Below, one piece after another: positions 36,127 through 46,954 of a stretch of DNA of 64,000 nucleotides (positions within the stretch are counted from its first letter, which is position 1; every line of letters begins with the position of its first letter). The stretch is from a virus: IMG/VR virus record IMGVR_UViG_3300003323_000567, positions 62,035-126,034 of that record. One strand, written 5' to 3'. The notes beneath the pieces are model-generated. The model was not told the origin of the DNA and did not search any database. It saw nothing but the letters and a program-made list of their open reading frames with translations. A program made the translations under genes and the position numbers.

Positions 36127-37290
36127 ATGGATTTCTCACTAACAACGTTGTTTGTTGCTACATCTGGAACTCTCGCTTCAAGTGGATCTACCCAAGACCT
36201 TACACCAGGTCAGATAGGTCTATTCCGCCCAGACTATTCTATTGCAACATCTGGTAACATTGCAGCAGCAAAATACTTCTATATCGCCCAAGGGAGAATA
36301 GAAACACTTCCTTCTAACAATGCAGCAGGACTGCTTCCAGCAGGAAGTACCAATCAGCTTGGAAGCAAAAGATCTGACAAGATCGCTGCAACCAAAGTTA
36401 TTGAGTGGTATAAAGTTTGTGCCATCTCAAATGTCCCAACACAAGTTCAGTCAATAAGCAGCTGGAATCTCGAGTGTAGTGAGCAAATCACATTTGCTTT
36501 CAGACTCCACTCAAGCTACATTGACACAGGGTTCTTCAATGGACTATCAAAATCATTTGTAGTAAATACTCCATGTTGCTCTTGTGGAGCCAATCCGTGC
36601 TCTGATGTGACAGGTACTGCTCTACAGAACTTCGTAGATCAGGTAGTTGCAAAGGGTAATGCAGATCCTCAATTGTCAGTATTCCTGACTTTCTCAAGAT
36701 TCGGAACAGGATCAAGCTCTCAGCTGTATATCACTGAGAAACCTCTGACAGTGTATGGAAATGCTTGTGACTTCGAGGCATACCCATGGGAATATGACAG
36801 ACTATGGTTCAGAGCATTCGTGATCAAAGGCCCTGTTACAACTCAGGACTTTATAGTGAACAATGCCTGTGACATAGTAGCTACTTCTACAGTAGTTCAA
36901 AGATCAGACTATGGTACTGGATCTTCTGCAGAAATCAAGCAATTAGAAAAGAACCTTTGGAGCTATCAGGTTAATCAGTTCAAACACCAATACAAGTACA
37001 ACAGCTGGAACCAGCTATTTACCAGCTATGTAACTGATGGAACTTACTATGATACATATTATATTAAATTCTATCCGTATGATGAGTATCTTGATACCTG
37101 GAACCCTGGAGTCCCACAGGATTCTACAGTAATCGTGGCTTTCCCAACAGGAACTGGTGGAACTTTCGAAACAGCTATTACAGCTGCATTAGGAGCAGTA
37201 ACTGATGTATGCGCAACTAACCCAACAACCACAACAACAACTTCAACAACATCTACTTCAACAACAAGTACTACAACCCTAATCCCATAA
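36127..37290 (+). CDS. structural protein with C-terminal poly-Thr/Ser tail
   Basis: 387 aa; position in capsid module; CCSCGANPC; ends PTTTTTTSTTSTSTTSTTTLIP. Confidence 0.65.
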   Translation: MDFSLTTLFVATSGTLASSGSTQDLTPGQIGLFRPDYSIATSGNIAAAKYFYIAQGRIETLPSNNAAGLLPAGSTNQLGSKRSDKIAATKVIEWYKVCAISNVPTQVQSISSWNLECSEQITFAFRLHSSYIDTGFFNGLSKSFVVNTPCCSCGANPCSDVTGTALQNFVDQVVAKGNADPQLSVFLTFSRFGTGSSSQLYITEKPLTVYGNACDFEAYPWEYDRLWFRAFVIKGPVTTQDFIVNNACDIVATSTVVQRSDYGTGSSAEIKQLEKNLWSYQVNQFKHQYKYNSWNQLFTSYVTDGTYYDTYYIKFYPYDEYLDTWNPGVPQDSTVIVAFPTGTGGTFETAITAALGAVTDVCATNPTTTTTTSTTSTSTTSTTTLIP

Positions 37291-37309
37291 TAATCTGAAC
37301 CAGGAAGTT

Positions 37310-37350
37310 AAGGAGAGCAGAGCAATTCAAGGCTCTCTCTCCTTTTTTAT
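37310..37350 (+). terminator. intrinsic terminator
   Basis: aaggagag..gagc/gctc..ctctcctt plus T-tract. Confidence 0.7.
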
Positions 37351-37365
37351 TTTAAAAAACCACTA

Positions 37366-37878
37366 ATGAGACATAAGAAATCAGAAGAAAGAGTAAAGCT
37401 CTTACATCCCAAGATAAGAGATGAGGTGAAGAGCCTGATAGAAAAAGCAGAAGTGCTTCTTCCCAAGAACGTAGCTATAGCTGTCCCTCAGGGGTTAAGG
37501 ACAATAAATGAGCAAAATGCGCTATATGCTCAGGGAAGGACAACTCCAGGACAGATTGTCACAAATGCCCGTGGTGGCAGTAGCTATCATAACTACGGAC
37601 TTGCTTTTGACTTTTGCTTAGTTATAGATACTAATGGCGATGGAGTATATGACGAAACTTCTTGGGATATCAAGAAAGATAATGATAAAGACGGCACAGC
37701 AGACTGGTTAGAAGTTGTAAAAGTATTTGAAGCTGCAGGTTGGGAATGGGGAGGAAAATGGTCTTCTATCAAAGATTATCCTCATCTTCAGAAAACATTT
37801 GGTTACACCTGGCAGAGACTTCTTGAGAAGTACAATAAAGAGGATTTTATCCCAGGAACAAAATATGTAAATATCTAA
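37366..37878 (+). CDS. endolysin, M15 L-Ala-D-Glu peptidase
   Basis: RTINEQNALYAQGRT, SYHNYGLAFD, WGGKW, DYPHLQ. Confidence 0.92.
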   Translation: MRHKKSEERVKLLHPKIRDEVKSLIEKAEVLLPKNVAIAVPQGLRTINEQNALYAQGRTTPGQIVTNARGGSSYHNYGLAFDFCLVIDTNGDGVYDETSWDIKKDNDKDGTADWLEVVKVFEAAGWEWGGKWSSIKDYPHLQKTFGYTWQRLLEKYNKEDFIPGTKYVNI

Positions 37879-38450
37879 TGGCTATTCCAGAAACTTCACC
37901 AATATTGGACTTTACAGTAGTTGATACCCATAATACCCTAACTCTGGGGATTGCGGATATATCATTCTATCCAACCAACTTTGCAGTGACTAATGCTACT
38001 TATGAAATAACCCCACCTGGTTTTATTAAGGCCACTGTAGATTATGCAAAAAGTGAAGTTCTGTTCCTGAATAGTAACACACTAAACATAACTTGTGTTG
38101 CTGACCCAAGCATGCTTACCCCACTTCCCGATGGGATATGGACAATAAAACAATCTATAAGTCCTGCCATAGATTTCAATGTTGAAAAGACTTTCCTGAG
38201 AACCACTCAAATAGAACAGAAGTTTGGGAAGGCATTTCTGAAGACAGATCTAATAGAATGTAATCAGGATGTAAGAGTAGAACAGATGAAAGTCTTAGAT
38301 GAGATCTGGTTCTATATCCAAGCAGCCATATCAGCTTCGAATCAATGTAACAACATACTGGCCATGAAGCTTTATAGTAATGCAAATACCATGTTAGATA
38401 ACTTTATCAGAGGTAGATGTAGAGGAACTACGAATACTCTCTGGTGCTAA
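37878..38450 (+). CDS. hypothetical structural protein
   Basis: LPDGIWTIK motif, Cys in C-terminus. Confidence 0.6.
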   Translation: MAIPETSPILDFTVVDTHNTLTLGIADISFYPTNFAVTNATYEITPPGFIKATVDYAKSEVLFLNSNTLNITCVADPSMLTPLPDGIWTIKQSISPAIDFNVEKTFLRTTQIEQKFGKAFLKTDLIECNQDVRVEQMKVLDEIWFYIQAAISASNQCNNILAMKLYSNANTMLDNFIRGRCRGTTNTLWC

Positions 38451-38461
38451 AACCAAGAATT

Positions 38462-38614
38462 ATGGGATGCCAATCAACAAAATGCAAGAACCCAGAATGC
38501 AACACTTATATGGCAGCTTGCCAGCTTATAAATGGCTACTGCAGAGATTGCTGGGAAAAGATGCAACAAAAAAGCACCTACAAACTATTAATTAGATGTT
38601 TAGCTTTCTTCTAA
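38462..38614 (+). CDS. 50 aa Cys-rich protein
   Basis: MGCQSTKCKNPECNTYMAACQLINGYCRDCWEK... (manual translation). Confidence 0.5.
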   Translation: MGCQSTKCKNPECNTYMAACQLINGYCRDCWEKMQQKSTYKLLIRCLAFF

Positions 38615-39492
38615 AGACCTGTACAGACTGTGACAACCTTGAGGATGCTATATGTTCCATTGATGCAGTTCTTGCTCAGTATGGTAAAAATGCCTGGCAG
38701 AACACTGCTTTCATGACCATAAAGCCAACCCCCCATGTAAGGATGAGGCAGCTCCTGTATTATAAGGAGATTCTAAACAACCTAAGGTGGAATCAGGATT
38801 TTTACTGCCCCTGGGGGTTTCCTCAGATAGTCTCTAGGGTGAAAGCATTAACTGGAGGAGAATTCAGAATAGCAAGAAGGATGAAAGTGGGACCATTTAC
38901 CACAACTACTTCTACTACAAGTACCTCCACAACTAGTACAACAAGTACTACTACGTCTACTACTACTTCTACCACTACAAGTACAACTACTTCTACTACG
39001 ACATCTACTACTACTAGCACTACAACAAGTACTACGACAAGTACCAGCACAAGTAGTACTACTAGCACTACTACAACAACTACTACAACTACTCTACCAC
39101 AATTAGTAGTAACTAACAACGCTACAACAGGTGGAGTTGCTCTCTTAGCCATTACTTACGATAACTATCCTCCTAATAATCCACAATTTGCAGTAGGAGC
39201 TTATCCTGTTCTGGCAGGTGATTCTAAAACTACAGGTATACAGCCTAGCTTTATACCAGGTTCATTCTCTATTTCAGTAGATGGAGACCCATTTGGAACA
39301 ATAACTGTAACAGGAAGTAATGGAGTAGCTCAGTGCCAGAATTACAATGGTCTCAGTCTATACACTTTTACAGGGGTAGTCGTAAATTTAAGCAATCCTG
39401 TAACCATCATTATATCTGACACAGGCACAGTTTGCACAACTACTACAACAACCACATCTAGTACTACCACAACAACAACAACAACACCATAA
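38596..39492 (+). CDS. protein with long Thr/Ser tract
   Basis: ~60-residue T/S run plus C-terminal poly-Thr. Confidence 0.65.
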   Translation: MFSFLLKTCTDCDNLEDAICSIDAVLAQYGKNAWQNTAFMTIKPTPHVRMRQLLYYKEILNNLRWNQDFYCPWGFPQIVSRVKALTGGEFRIARRMKVGPFTTTTSTTSTSTTSTTSTTTSTTTSTTTSTTTSTTTSTTTSTTTSTTTSTSTSSTTSTTTTTTTTTLPQLVVTNNATTGGVALLAITYDNYPPNNPQFAVGAYPVLAGDSKTTGIQPSFIPGSFSISVDGDPFGTITVTGSNGVAQCQNYNGLSLYTFTGVVVNLSNPVTIIISDTGTVCTTTTTTTSSTTTTTTTTP

Positions 39493-40538
39493 TGGCTTGT
39501 AAAGATTGTCTAATTAATTGTCCTGATATAGTCTCAGACCAGTGTGTTCAATATACTGGGCCTGCAATCCCTCTTTTAGGGATTTGTCCAGGAGATCCTT
39601 TATCAAACTTTGAAGCAGCAATAGCAGCTGAGGTAATAGGAATCTTGGACGGAACAGGAATTGAGCCTGCAAATGTAACCATAAGTTGTACTTTCTTACA
39701 AGATATCATTGGGGTAGCTTCACCTACTCTGAGTAATATCTTACAGATGCTCATTACAGCTTCCTGTACTCTTAAGCAGCTTGTAGATACTATAAATGAT
39801 CAGATAGCAGACAATCCTGTTTTTAACACGAGCTGTTTAACTGGACTTCCGGCAAATCCTACAAGAGATGATATTCTTCAGGCTACAGTTAATCTTGTAT
39901 GCTCTATCAAGAGTACTGTTGATGCTATCCCAACAACATATGTTAAAAATTCTGATCTAACAACCCTTGTTACTCAGATAATTAACAACATTAATGGAGG
40001 TGGAGGAACTGTTGTCCAGAACAGTACCAAGATGATTCCTTATACTGTTGTAGCCTACTTTGGTCCGCTGTCAAACTTTGATGCTGGTGGTATAGGTATA
40101 GCTTCTCTTGGGTTTGATAAAATCTATATCTGTAATGGTGATAATGGTACTCCTGACCTTAGGGGTAGGGCTATAGTGGGCGCCGTTAGAGGTGTCCCTG
40201 GGGGAGTATTGGATTCAGCTGTTGATCCAGCAAATGGTAATCCCAACTGGGCTCTGAATGACAGATTAGGAGAGAATACACATACTCTGACAGTTGCAGA
40301 GATGCCAACCCACACTCACGGAGTAACTGACCCTGGACACAAACACCAATCAAGATATAGACAAAACATGGCTCCTCAGTCAGGTAGTTCTACTCAATGC
40401 TGGGCTAACTTAAATGACCAGTTTGTGGATACAACTACTACCTTTACAGGAATTACCCTGCAGACTACAGGTGGAAGTCAGCCTCACAACAACATTCAAC
40501 CTTCTTATGGTGCTTACTACATCATGTACATTCCATAA
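39492..40538 (+). CDS. Cys-rich tail fibre protein with tail-collar domain
   Basis: ICNGDNGTPDLRGRAIVG, GENTHTLTVAEMPTHTH, PHNNIQPS. Confidence 0.8.
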   Translation: MACKDCLINCPDIVSDQCVQYTGPAIPLLGICPGDPLSNFEAAIAAEVIGILDGTGIEPANVTISCTFLQDIIGVASPTLSNILQMLITASCTLKQLVDTINDQIADNPVFNTSCLTGLPANPTRDDILQATVNLVCSIKSTVDAIPTTYVKNSDLTTLVTQIINNINGGGGTVVQNSTKMIPYTVVAYFGPLSNFDAGGIGIASLGFDKIYICNGDNGTPDLRGRAIVGAVRGVPGGVLDSAVDPANGNPNWALNDRLGENTHTLTVAEMPTHTHGVTDPGHKHQSRYRQNMAPQSGSSTQCWANLNDQFVDTTTTFTGITLQTTGGSQPHNNIQPSYGAYYIMYIP

Positions 40539-40548
40539 ACCCTTATAA

Positions 40549-41949
40549 ATGGCTTGCACTAATTGCACACAATCATCTCCTTCTGTAACGGGCTTTTTAC
40601 CAAACACTTGCCTGGAGCAAAACCCTTGTTTCCTGGATGCAGGTTGTGTGGTATACACAGGGCCTACACTGAGCTGTTCTGGGATCGTTCCTAATACCAA
40701 TCTGGAGACTATTCTTCAGACAATAGATCCTTTGCTTTGTGCAGCCACTGGAGACTATTCTACATACAATACTTATTGTTTAGCTCCCATAACCACTCAG
40801 AAAGAGTTTGTAGAGACTATATCAAATTATGTATGTACTCTAAATACAACTGTAAGTACTTTTATAGAAACAACTTATGTTACTGACCAGAATGCCTTAA
40901 AAGCAAGAGTTGCTGCTCTTGAGGTTCCTGGAATCACTTGTGGATCTGCAGGGGTAACAAACACAGACACTCTCCAGCAGGTTCTGAGCAAGTATTGTAC
41001 AAAATTTGGCACTATAGATGCTGCTCTTAACCCCTCAGGGGCTAACTGGGGCAGTTGCTACACTGTAAGTCCTGCTCCTACAACAATCGTGGGTGGCTTC
41101 AATACTCTTATTTCTCAAATCTGTATTCTAAAGGGTCTTGTAGAGAGTGGAACTTCTTCTCTTCCCACCTTTAATAATGTAGGGAGCTGTTTACCTGCAC
41201 CCCTTACAGCAGCAGATACTCTTGTAGATACTGTAAATAAGATCAAGGTAAGGCTTTGCCAGACAGGTACAATTGATACCACAAGCTTGACATTTGGTTG
41301 CGTAAGTAACTCAGTATCAGGAGGTCAGGATCTTCAAGGAACTCTTCAAAATATTCTTACAAAGGTTACTCAGATTGCTCAAACTCTTCCTACGACATGG
41401 TCAGCTGACTTTAATGTGACAAACGTTAATAATGGAAACCTTTGTCTAGGTAAATCAGTTCAACTTGCAACTCCCTCTACTCAGGATAGATTTGTGGCAG
41501 CAACTGCTTCTGACATGTCTCCAGGGACTCTCCAACAAAAGTTGGTTCCAGGCACTGGGGTAACTCTTGATTACATATCTTCCCCTGGGTTTGTGGTAAT
41601 CAGCAGTTCTGGAGGATCAGGTTCTGGAGACCATAAAGTAGCAGTAAATTCTACTGATCCAAGTCCAGATTATCTTGGAGTAAAGATAGTCACAGGAGGA
41701 GCTGTGAATGGCATACAGGTAACCCCTTCAGTAGATACTATTAATAATGTAGTTCTACTAAATGTTAGTGTAAATCTGGTTACTTTGTTCCAATCTTTGA
41801 TTGATTCTCTGACCAGTGATTCTGGACTATATGCAAACTTCTGTGCTGCTGTGTCTGGATGTCCTTCTCCTTGTGATGCTCCAACAAATGTTACTGTGAC
41901 TTATCAGAGCGGCACTACATCTACCACTACAACCACAACTACTACGTAA
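40549..41949 (+). CDS. Cys-rich fibre/structural protein
   Basis: CVVYTGP motif shared with 39492; poly-Thr C-terminus. Confidence 0.65.
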   Translation: MACTNCTQSSPSVTGFLPNTCLEQNPCFLDAGCVVYTGPTLSCSGIVPNTNLETILQTIDPLLCAATGDYSTYNTYCLAPITTQKEFVETISNYVCTLNTTVSTFIETTYVTDQNALKARVAALEVPGITCGSAGVTNTDTLQQVLSKYCTKFGTIDAALNPSGANWGSCYTVSPAPTTIVGGFNTLISQICILKGLVESGTSSLPTFNNVGSCLPAPLTAADTLVDTVNKIKVRLCQTGTIDTTSLTFGCVSNSVSGGQDLQGTLQNILTKVTQIAQTLPTTWSADFNVTNVNNGNLCLGKSVQLATPSTQDRFVAATASDMSPGTLQQKLVPGTGVTLDYISSPGFVVISSSGGSGSGDHKVAVNSTDPSPDYLGVKIVTGGAVNGIQVTPSVDTINNVVLLNVSVNLVTLFQSLIDSLTSDSGLYANFCAAVSGCPSPCDAPTNVTVTYQSGTTSTTTTTTTT

Positions 41950-41954
41950 AAACC

Positions 41955-43040
41955 ATGAGTAGCATAGCAAACATATGCTGGGATTTTGTACCTGGTTCAT
42001 TAAGTACACTGATCGAATATAGGGTGAGTGGAGATACTACATGGATTCAACCAAGCTCTCCAAACAATCCTACCACGAATAATTGTTATCCTATAACAAT
42101 CGAGGATAATGTTTATTATGATGTTAGGCTGACAACCAATGGAATAAGATGTGCCTCCAAATCAAGGACCATTCAGATTGTAAGACCTCTAGGATGTTGC
42201 CCTTCTGGATACGTGCTATCTCCTGATGGTACTTTTTGTCAGCAAACAAATGAGACTGATGCTACACCACCAAGTTCTCCAGAGGCTACAGTAGCAAAAA
42301 CCAGTAGTTTCTATTCAGACTGTGGAACTTATATATATTCTCCAGGATATTCTTCGAATGGTACGGGAACTTCTACCCAGATTTCAACAAGTAACAGTTT
42401 CTGGAAGAATGGTTCAGGTACATGTGCTGCAGATGGGAATACTTCTGATGGTCCAATGAATAGATGTGCCCTATGGGCGACGACTACTCTTAGTAACCAG
42501 GACATTGGATTCTCGATTTGTGTGAACATAACCACTCCCCAAACCTACTATATAGCCTTTGGGTGTGATAATTATGGAATCCTGAGAATAGATGGGAATA
42601 CTATAATACAACAGGACGCATCAGCCCTTGACATCCAATATGGTATAGTAGGAGCACCTTTCCACGTATGGCATATTTATCCAGTGGATCTTACAGTAGG
42701 ACAGCATATAATAGAAATGGTTGGTCATAATGTTGCTCCCCCCGCAGCCCTTGGGGCAGAAATATATCAGAATACCCCAGCAGAGATAATAGCTGCTACC
42801 TCCTATGGTATGCTAAATGTTGTGTTTTCAACCAAGGATTATGTAGGACAAGACGTACAGCTAGGTACAGATGGTGTAGGCTATACTTGCCCCTCTGGAT
42901 ATTCTCTGGTATTCTGTGAAGGACCAGCTTTCTGTAGACAAGTTCTTACAACAGCACTTGTACCCTGCACTACTACCACCACAACGACAACCACTACTAG
43001 TACTACATCTAGCACTACTACAACCACAACCACTCCATAA
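41955..43040 (+). CDS. FN3-like plus PA14-like structural protein
   Basis: IEYRVSGDTTW FN3-like N-terminus; GCDNYGILRIDG; poly-Thr C-terminus. Confidence 0.55.
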   Translation: MSSIANICWDFVPGSLSTLIEYRVSGDTTWIQPSSPNNPTTNNCYPITIEDNVYYDVRLTTNGIRCASKSRTIQIVRPLGCCPSGYVLSPDGTFCQQTNETDATPPSSPEATVAKTSSFYSDCGTYIYSPGYSSNGTGTSTQISTSNSFWKNGSGTCAADGNTSDGPMNRCALWATTTLSNQDIGFSICVNITTPQTYYIAFGCDNYGILRIDGNTIIQQDASALDIQYGIVGAPFHVWHIYPVDLTVGQHIIEMVGHNVAPPAALGAEIYQNTPAEIIAATSYGMLNVVFSTKDYVGQDVQLGTDGVGYTCPSGYSLVFCEGPAFCRQVLTTALVPCTTTTTTTTTTSTTSSTTTTTTTP

Positions 43041-43282
43041 TGGCTAGCATAGTAATAAATTATACAATCCCCTTTGGGGCAAGCATCAGGATAGGCTACA
43101 GGATTCAGAGTTCTTCTGCAGCCTTTACCTACCTTACTACTTTCCCCACATATAATCAATCCCCCTACACCATCTCAGGTTTACCTATAGGGAACTATGA
43201 GGTTGAACTGACCACAATTTGTCCTAACTGTACGGGGGGGATATTTGCAGAACCTGCAGTATATCCAGCAACGAGTCAGTAA
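43040..43282 (+). CDS. small FN3-like protein
   Basis: IGYR...YTISGLPIGNYEVELTTIC. Confidence 0.55.
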   Translation: MASIVINYTIPFGASIRIGYRIQSSSAAFTYLTTFPTYNQSPYTISGLPIGNYEVELTTICPNCTGGIFAEPAVYPATSQ

Positions 43283-43311
43283 TACCCTTGTTTTTTGGTT
43301 TTTCAGGGGTA

Positions 43312-43347
43312 GCCCGGTAGTGTCTACTACTGGGCAATTCTTTTTTA
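43312..43347 (+). terminator. intrinsic terminator
   Basis: gcccggtag/ctactgggc plus T-tract. Confidence 0.6.
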
Positions 43348-43447
43348 ATGGGGTAGGTTTAAACATAGAAGGTTAACTATTGGAAATCTCGGGAATATTA
43401 TCTAACTTTACATCCCGTATAGTATTCATAACGAGTAAATTACGCAA

Positions 43448-44662
43448 ATGACTGAAAACCAAGCTCTTATTGAGCAACTAAAAAAACTTATAGGCCAGAA
43501 GAAGTCAAAAGACTTCTATGCTAAGAGATTAGGATTGACCTCTGAAGAGGTAGGAAAACTTATGGATGAGATAAAAGCCGGAAAAACTCCAGAGAAGACA
43601 GGTAACAAATTCACTATCCTGAGTTTCAATGAGGATCTAAAAGAGAATAATGCTCAGGTAATAGGAAAATCAGATGAACAGATAAAAAGTCTGGAAGAGC
43701 TGATTGAGAAGTGTAAGATTGATACAAAAGTGTGGAACATTGACAGATATGTACAGAATATATGGGCAGGAAACTGGCAGGTTAAAGCATGGTTGACAAG
43801 GAAAACCCAAGGAGAAAACTTCCAGAAAAACTTCGTCGAGTTTCTAAAATCCTATACTCCTAAGGTATTCCAACAACCCGCCCCAGCAATATCCCACTCT
43901 CTTCCCCGAGGGTGCCTAGTGATAAATAAGCAAGACCAGCATATTAATAAGTACGATATCTTGGGAGGAAATTCGATAGGAAAAAGGTTTAATGCAATCT
44001 ATGATAAAGTTAGAAAGATTCTAACACAGGGAACTACCTCCAATAAGCTTGACAAAATTTACTACATTATAGGAAGTGATCAGTTCAACTCAGAATGGAC
44101 AGGGACTACAACCAGGGGAACTAAGATGGAGAATCTGTCCACATATCATCAGACTTTTGAGAGCATATGCAATCATGAGATCAATATGATCAATCTACTT
44201 TTAGCTTACTCAAGTGATGTAGAAATCTTATATGTCTCTGGAAATCACGATGAATATGCAGGATGGCACCTGATAACCTGGTTAAAAGCTTACTACAATG
44301 GAGCTACAGACATCACATTTGATACATCTCCCCGTTATAGGAAATATGCTAGGTATGGGAAAAATGCTCTCATGTTTAACCACGGGGATGCTATTAAACC
44401 CCCTAAGCTGGCAAATATGTTCCCCATTGAGTTTAAGCATGAATGGTCTAGCTGCGATAATTACTATATATTTACAGGAGACAAACACCATGAGATAACT
44501 ATGGACTTCAATGGCATCATGTTCTATCAACTACCTGCATTATCCAAGGCAAAGTCTTTCTGGGATGACAAGCAGGGGCATACTTGTACAAAGGCCGAGC
44601 TTCAAGCCTTCCTGATAGATGAGAATGATGGGATAACAGGAATATTGAAACAGAAAGTATAA
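43448..44662 (+). CDS. metallophosphoesterase-like protein with N-terminal HTH
   Basis: DQH, GSD, GNHD, HGD, GDKHH. Confidence 0.75.
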   Translation: MTENQALIEQLKKLIGQKKSKDFYAKRLGLTSEEVGKLMDEIKAGKTPEKTGNKFTILSFNEDLKENNAQVIGKSDEQIKSLEELIEKCKIDTKVWNIDRYVQNIWAGNWQVKAWLTRKTQGENFQKNFVEFLKSYTPKVFQQPAPAISHSLPRGCLVINKQDQHINKYDILGGNSIGKRFNAIYDKVRKILTQGTTSNKLDKIYYIIGSDQFNSEWTGTTTRGTKMENLSTYHQTFESICNHEINMINLLLAYSSDVEILYVSGNHDEYAGWHLITWLKAYYNGATDITFDTSPRYRKYARYGKNALMFNHGDAIKPPKLANMFPIEFKHEWSSCDNYYIFTGDKHHEITMDFNGIMFYQLPALSKAKSFWDDKQGHTCTKAELQAFLIDENDGITGILKQKV

Positions 44663-45360
44663 TGAGCACAGTAAGACAAATGGTCTCAAGAGTCAGATCT
44701 CTGAACAAGATGCTAAATGCAGATAATACAGTGACTGACAGAGTCGTAGCAAGCGAACTGAAAAGCAAGGCTACCTTCTATATCAGAAGAGAAACTGATA
44801 AAAGGAAGCTTTGGAACACTGCTACCATCTTCACCAATATTCCTTGCGTGGAGATGGTACAGGTTCCTACAGCGGACTGCTGTGATTATGTCTCAGATCA
44901 GTTTGTTGCAAGGAGCAAGTTTAGACTACCAAAGATTTCTGATGGGATATATGGCCTTCTAATACATGGAGTTTTCTCAGTAGATAGCTCAAGAAGGCTA
45001 AAGGAGATTACCCTAAGCAGATATATAAACCTCCTTAAGCTTGGGCTCCCGACCAATGATATATACTACTGGATATATGATAGATACCTTTATATATCTT
45101 CTCCAAAAGTCGAAGTAGCTAGTATATGGGCTTATTTCGAGGAAGATGTTCCAAATGAGCTTCTCTACCCAAGCTGCCCTTGCACAAACCAAGATAAGCC
45201 TAATCCATGCATGAATCCTCTGGATCTGGAGTTTAAATGTCCTGGTTACCTTGAGGATGTTGTGGTGAAAGATGTCCTGCAAGTTCTACTCCAGACTTAT
45301 TATAGAATCCCTGTCGATCAAACATCAGATAATAAAGACGATCAAGTAAACAAAGTTTAA
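44662..45360 (+). CDS. putative tail ring protein
   Basis: Position in crAss-like tail module; YYWIYDRYLY. Confidence 0.55.
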   Translation: MSTVRQMVSRVRSLNKMLNADNTVTDRVVASELKSKATFYIRRETDKRKLWNTATIFTNIPCVEMVQVPTADCCDYVSDQFVARSKFRLPKISDGIYGLLIHGVFSVDSSRRLKEITLSRYINLLKLGLPTNDIYYWIYDRYLYISSPKVEVASIWAYFEEDVPNELLYPSCPCTNQDKPNPCMNPLDLEFKCPGYLEDVVVKDVLQVLLQTYYRIPVDQTSDNKDDQVNKV

Positions 45361-45542
45361 TGGATAGTTTGGACGTTCTAATGAGAAAGGGGTACAGGAT
45401 CTACAAGGTAGATATGAAAATTACCCAAAATGTAAAGAACTACTTTAGGTCCAGAAAGAGGCTTCTAGTAGAATATCATGAAGTTCTAAAAGTAATTACA
45501 GTCAGAGATGCGCGTGAAAGTGAGTTACAGAACGGGATCTAA
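45360..45542 (+). CDS. hypothetical protein
   Basis: 60 aa, coupled to neighbours. Confidence 0.4.
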   Translation: MDSLDVLMRKGYRIYKVDMKITQNVKNYFRSRKRLLVEYHEVLKVITVRDARESELQNGI

Positions 45543-45993
45543 GGAGGCATACAAGAAGTTCTGTGCTGCCAATCCTTCTATAAACCTCCCCTTCGAAAAA
45601 TGGAGTGAGATTATTTATACTTTCAATCACAATTTCAGAGATCACATTCTTGAGACGGGAGATAGATGCAAGCTCCCTTGGGGATTTGGGACATTCACAG
45701 TTAGCAAGAAGAAAAGCAAGAAGTTCGTTACTATAAATGGTAAGGAATATATAAACCTCGCTGTAGATTGGGTCAAAACTAACAAGGTTGGCAAGAAGGT
45801 ATACCATCTGAACACTCATACAGATGGATATAGATATAAATGGATCTGGTTTAACTGTGATGCCAGATTCCAATACTCAAAAGTATGGGTCTGGAAAGCC
45901 TCCAGATCTACCTCCAGAAAACTTGCAGAATATCTGAAACGCCCCAACTCTCATTTTCCCCAGATCTACAGGGAGTGGGATAGGAGAAAATAA
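45508..45993 (+). CDS. IHF-like protein of the crAss tail module
   Basis: KLPWGFGTF, VDWVKT, NTHTDGY. Confidence 0.65.
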   Translation: MRVKVSYRTGSKEAYKKFCAANPSINLPFEKWSEIIYTFNHNFRDHILETGDRCKLPWGFGTFTVSKKKSKKFVTINGKEYINLAVDWVKTNKVGKKVYHLNTHTDGYRYKWIWFNCDARFQYSKVWVWKASRSTSRKLAEYLKRPNSHFPQIYREWDRRK

Positions 45994-45999
45994 CACAAA

Positions 46000-46944
46000 A
46001 TGTCATACTACTACAAGTATAAGTTCACATCTCCAGATTCTTTATATGCACGGGTGAAAGAAGAAATGAAGAGTTATTTTGATGCCAATGCTGTAGATGA
46101 TCTGATGTTTCCAATATGGACTTCAAAATGTCTTCAAAAGCTGGGAAGGTCTTCCTATAAGATCATTCCAGCATTGTTATTTATGGATAACTTCGAAGCC
46201 AAGCTACCTCCTGATTTCATTGCCCCAAGGGAAGTATGGTTAACGGCTCAAATATTATCTCCTGAGTTTAGAAAACCGGGAGCCTACTACACTCAAATAA
46301 CTACCACTCTAAATAGGCCATATGATCCCTGTAATCCCGAAACGAATTGTGATCCTTGTAATCCTGACATTACTACTGTTGTAACAAAGACTCAGACAGA
46401 AGTAACCCAGCCTATAAGACTGAAATACCTTCTAAAGCCAGGAAATATTCATGCAAAAGAGAATTGCCAACATCTAGGATGTATGAATGTGAATGCAAGG
46501 ACATTCGGAATGTGTCATGATGAACTTACTTTTGATATAAGAGATGGTAAGCTTATAACAAACTTCAGGCAAGGAGATGTCTTCTTGATCTACTATGCAG
46601 ATGAGAGAGATGAGTCTGGTCAACAGCTTATTCCAGACAACTACAGGATCATGGAATTCATAGAAGCTTTCCTGAAACAGAAGATATTTGAACAGCTCTA
46701 CAATCAGATTACTGATGAGACTTTCAACCAAATTGAGAAGAAGTACTTGTTTTATAAACAATTGGCAGACGAGGCTTACATTCTTGCAGATATCGAAATA
46801 AAAAAGAAGACTATATATGAAAAAGCCATGGAAATTAGGAAAGACAGACATAGATTTGACCCTTATACAGCTCAAATGTATGGCAATTCCTGGAGATGGA
46901 GGGGCGGAACTTGGCCAGCAAGCTCATGGGGACTAAACAATTAG
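46000..46944 (+). CDS. tail tubular/ring protein
   Basis: KLPPDF, LITNFRQGDVFLIYY, LIPDN. Confidence 0.6.
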   Translation: MSYYYKYKFTSPDSLYARVKEEMKSYFDANAVDDLMFPIWTSKCLQKLGRSSYKIIPALLFMDNFEAKLPPDFIAPREVWLTAQILSPEFRKPGAYYTQITTTLNRPYDPCNPETNCDPCNPDITTVVTKTQTEVTQPIRLKYLLKPGNIHAKENCQHLGCMNVNARTFGMCHDELTFDIRDGKLITNFRQGDVFLIYYADERDESGQQLIPDNYRIMEFIEAFLKQKIFEQLYNQITDETFNQIEKKYLFYKQLADEAYILADIEIKKKTIYEKAMEIRKDRHRFDPYTAQMYGNSWRWRGGTWPASSWGLNN

Positions 46945-46954
46945 TTAATCAAGA

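Noticed and set aside
38823-43159. Val-rich minus-strand ORFs and a possible CRISPR/tandem repeat
   Set aside because: These are antisense readings of poly-Thr codons; there is no repeat-spacer structure.
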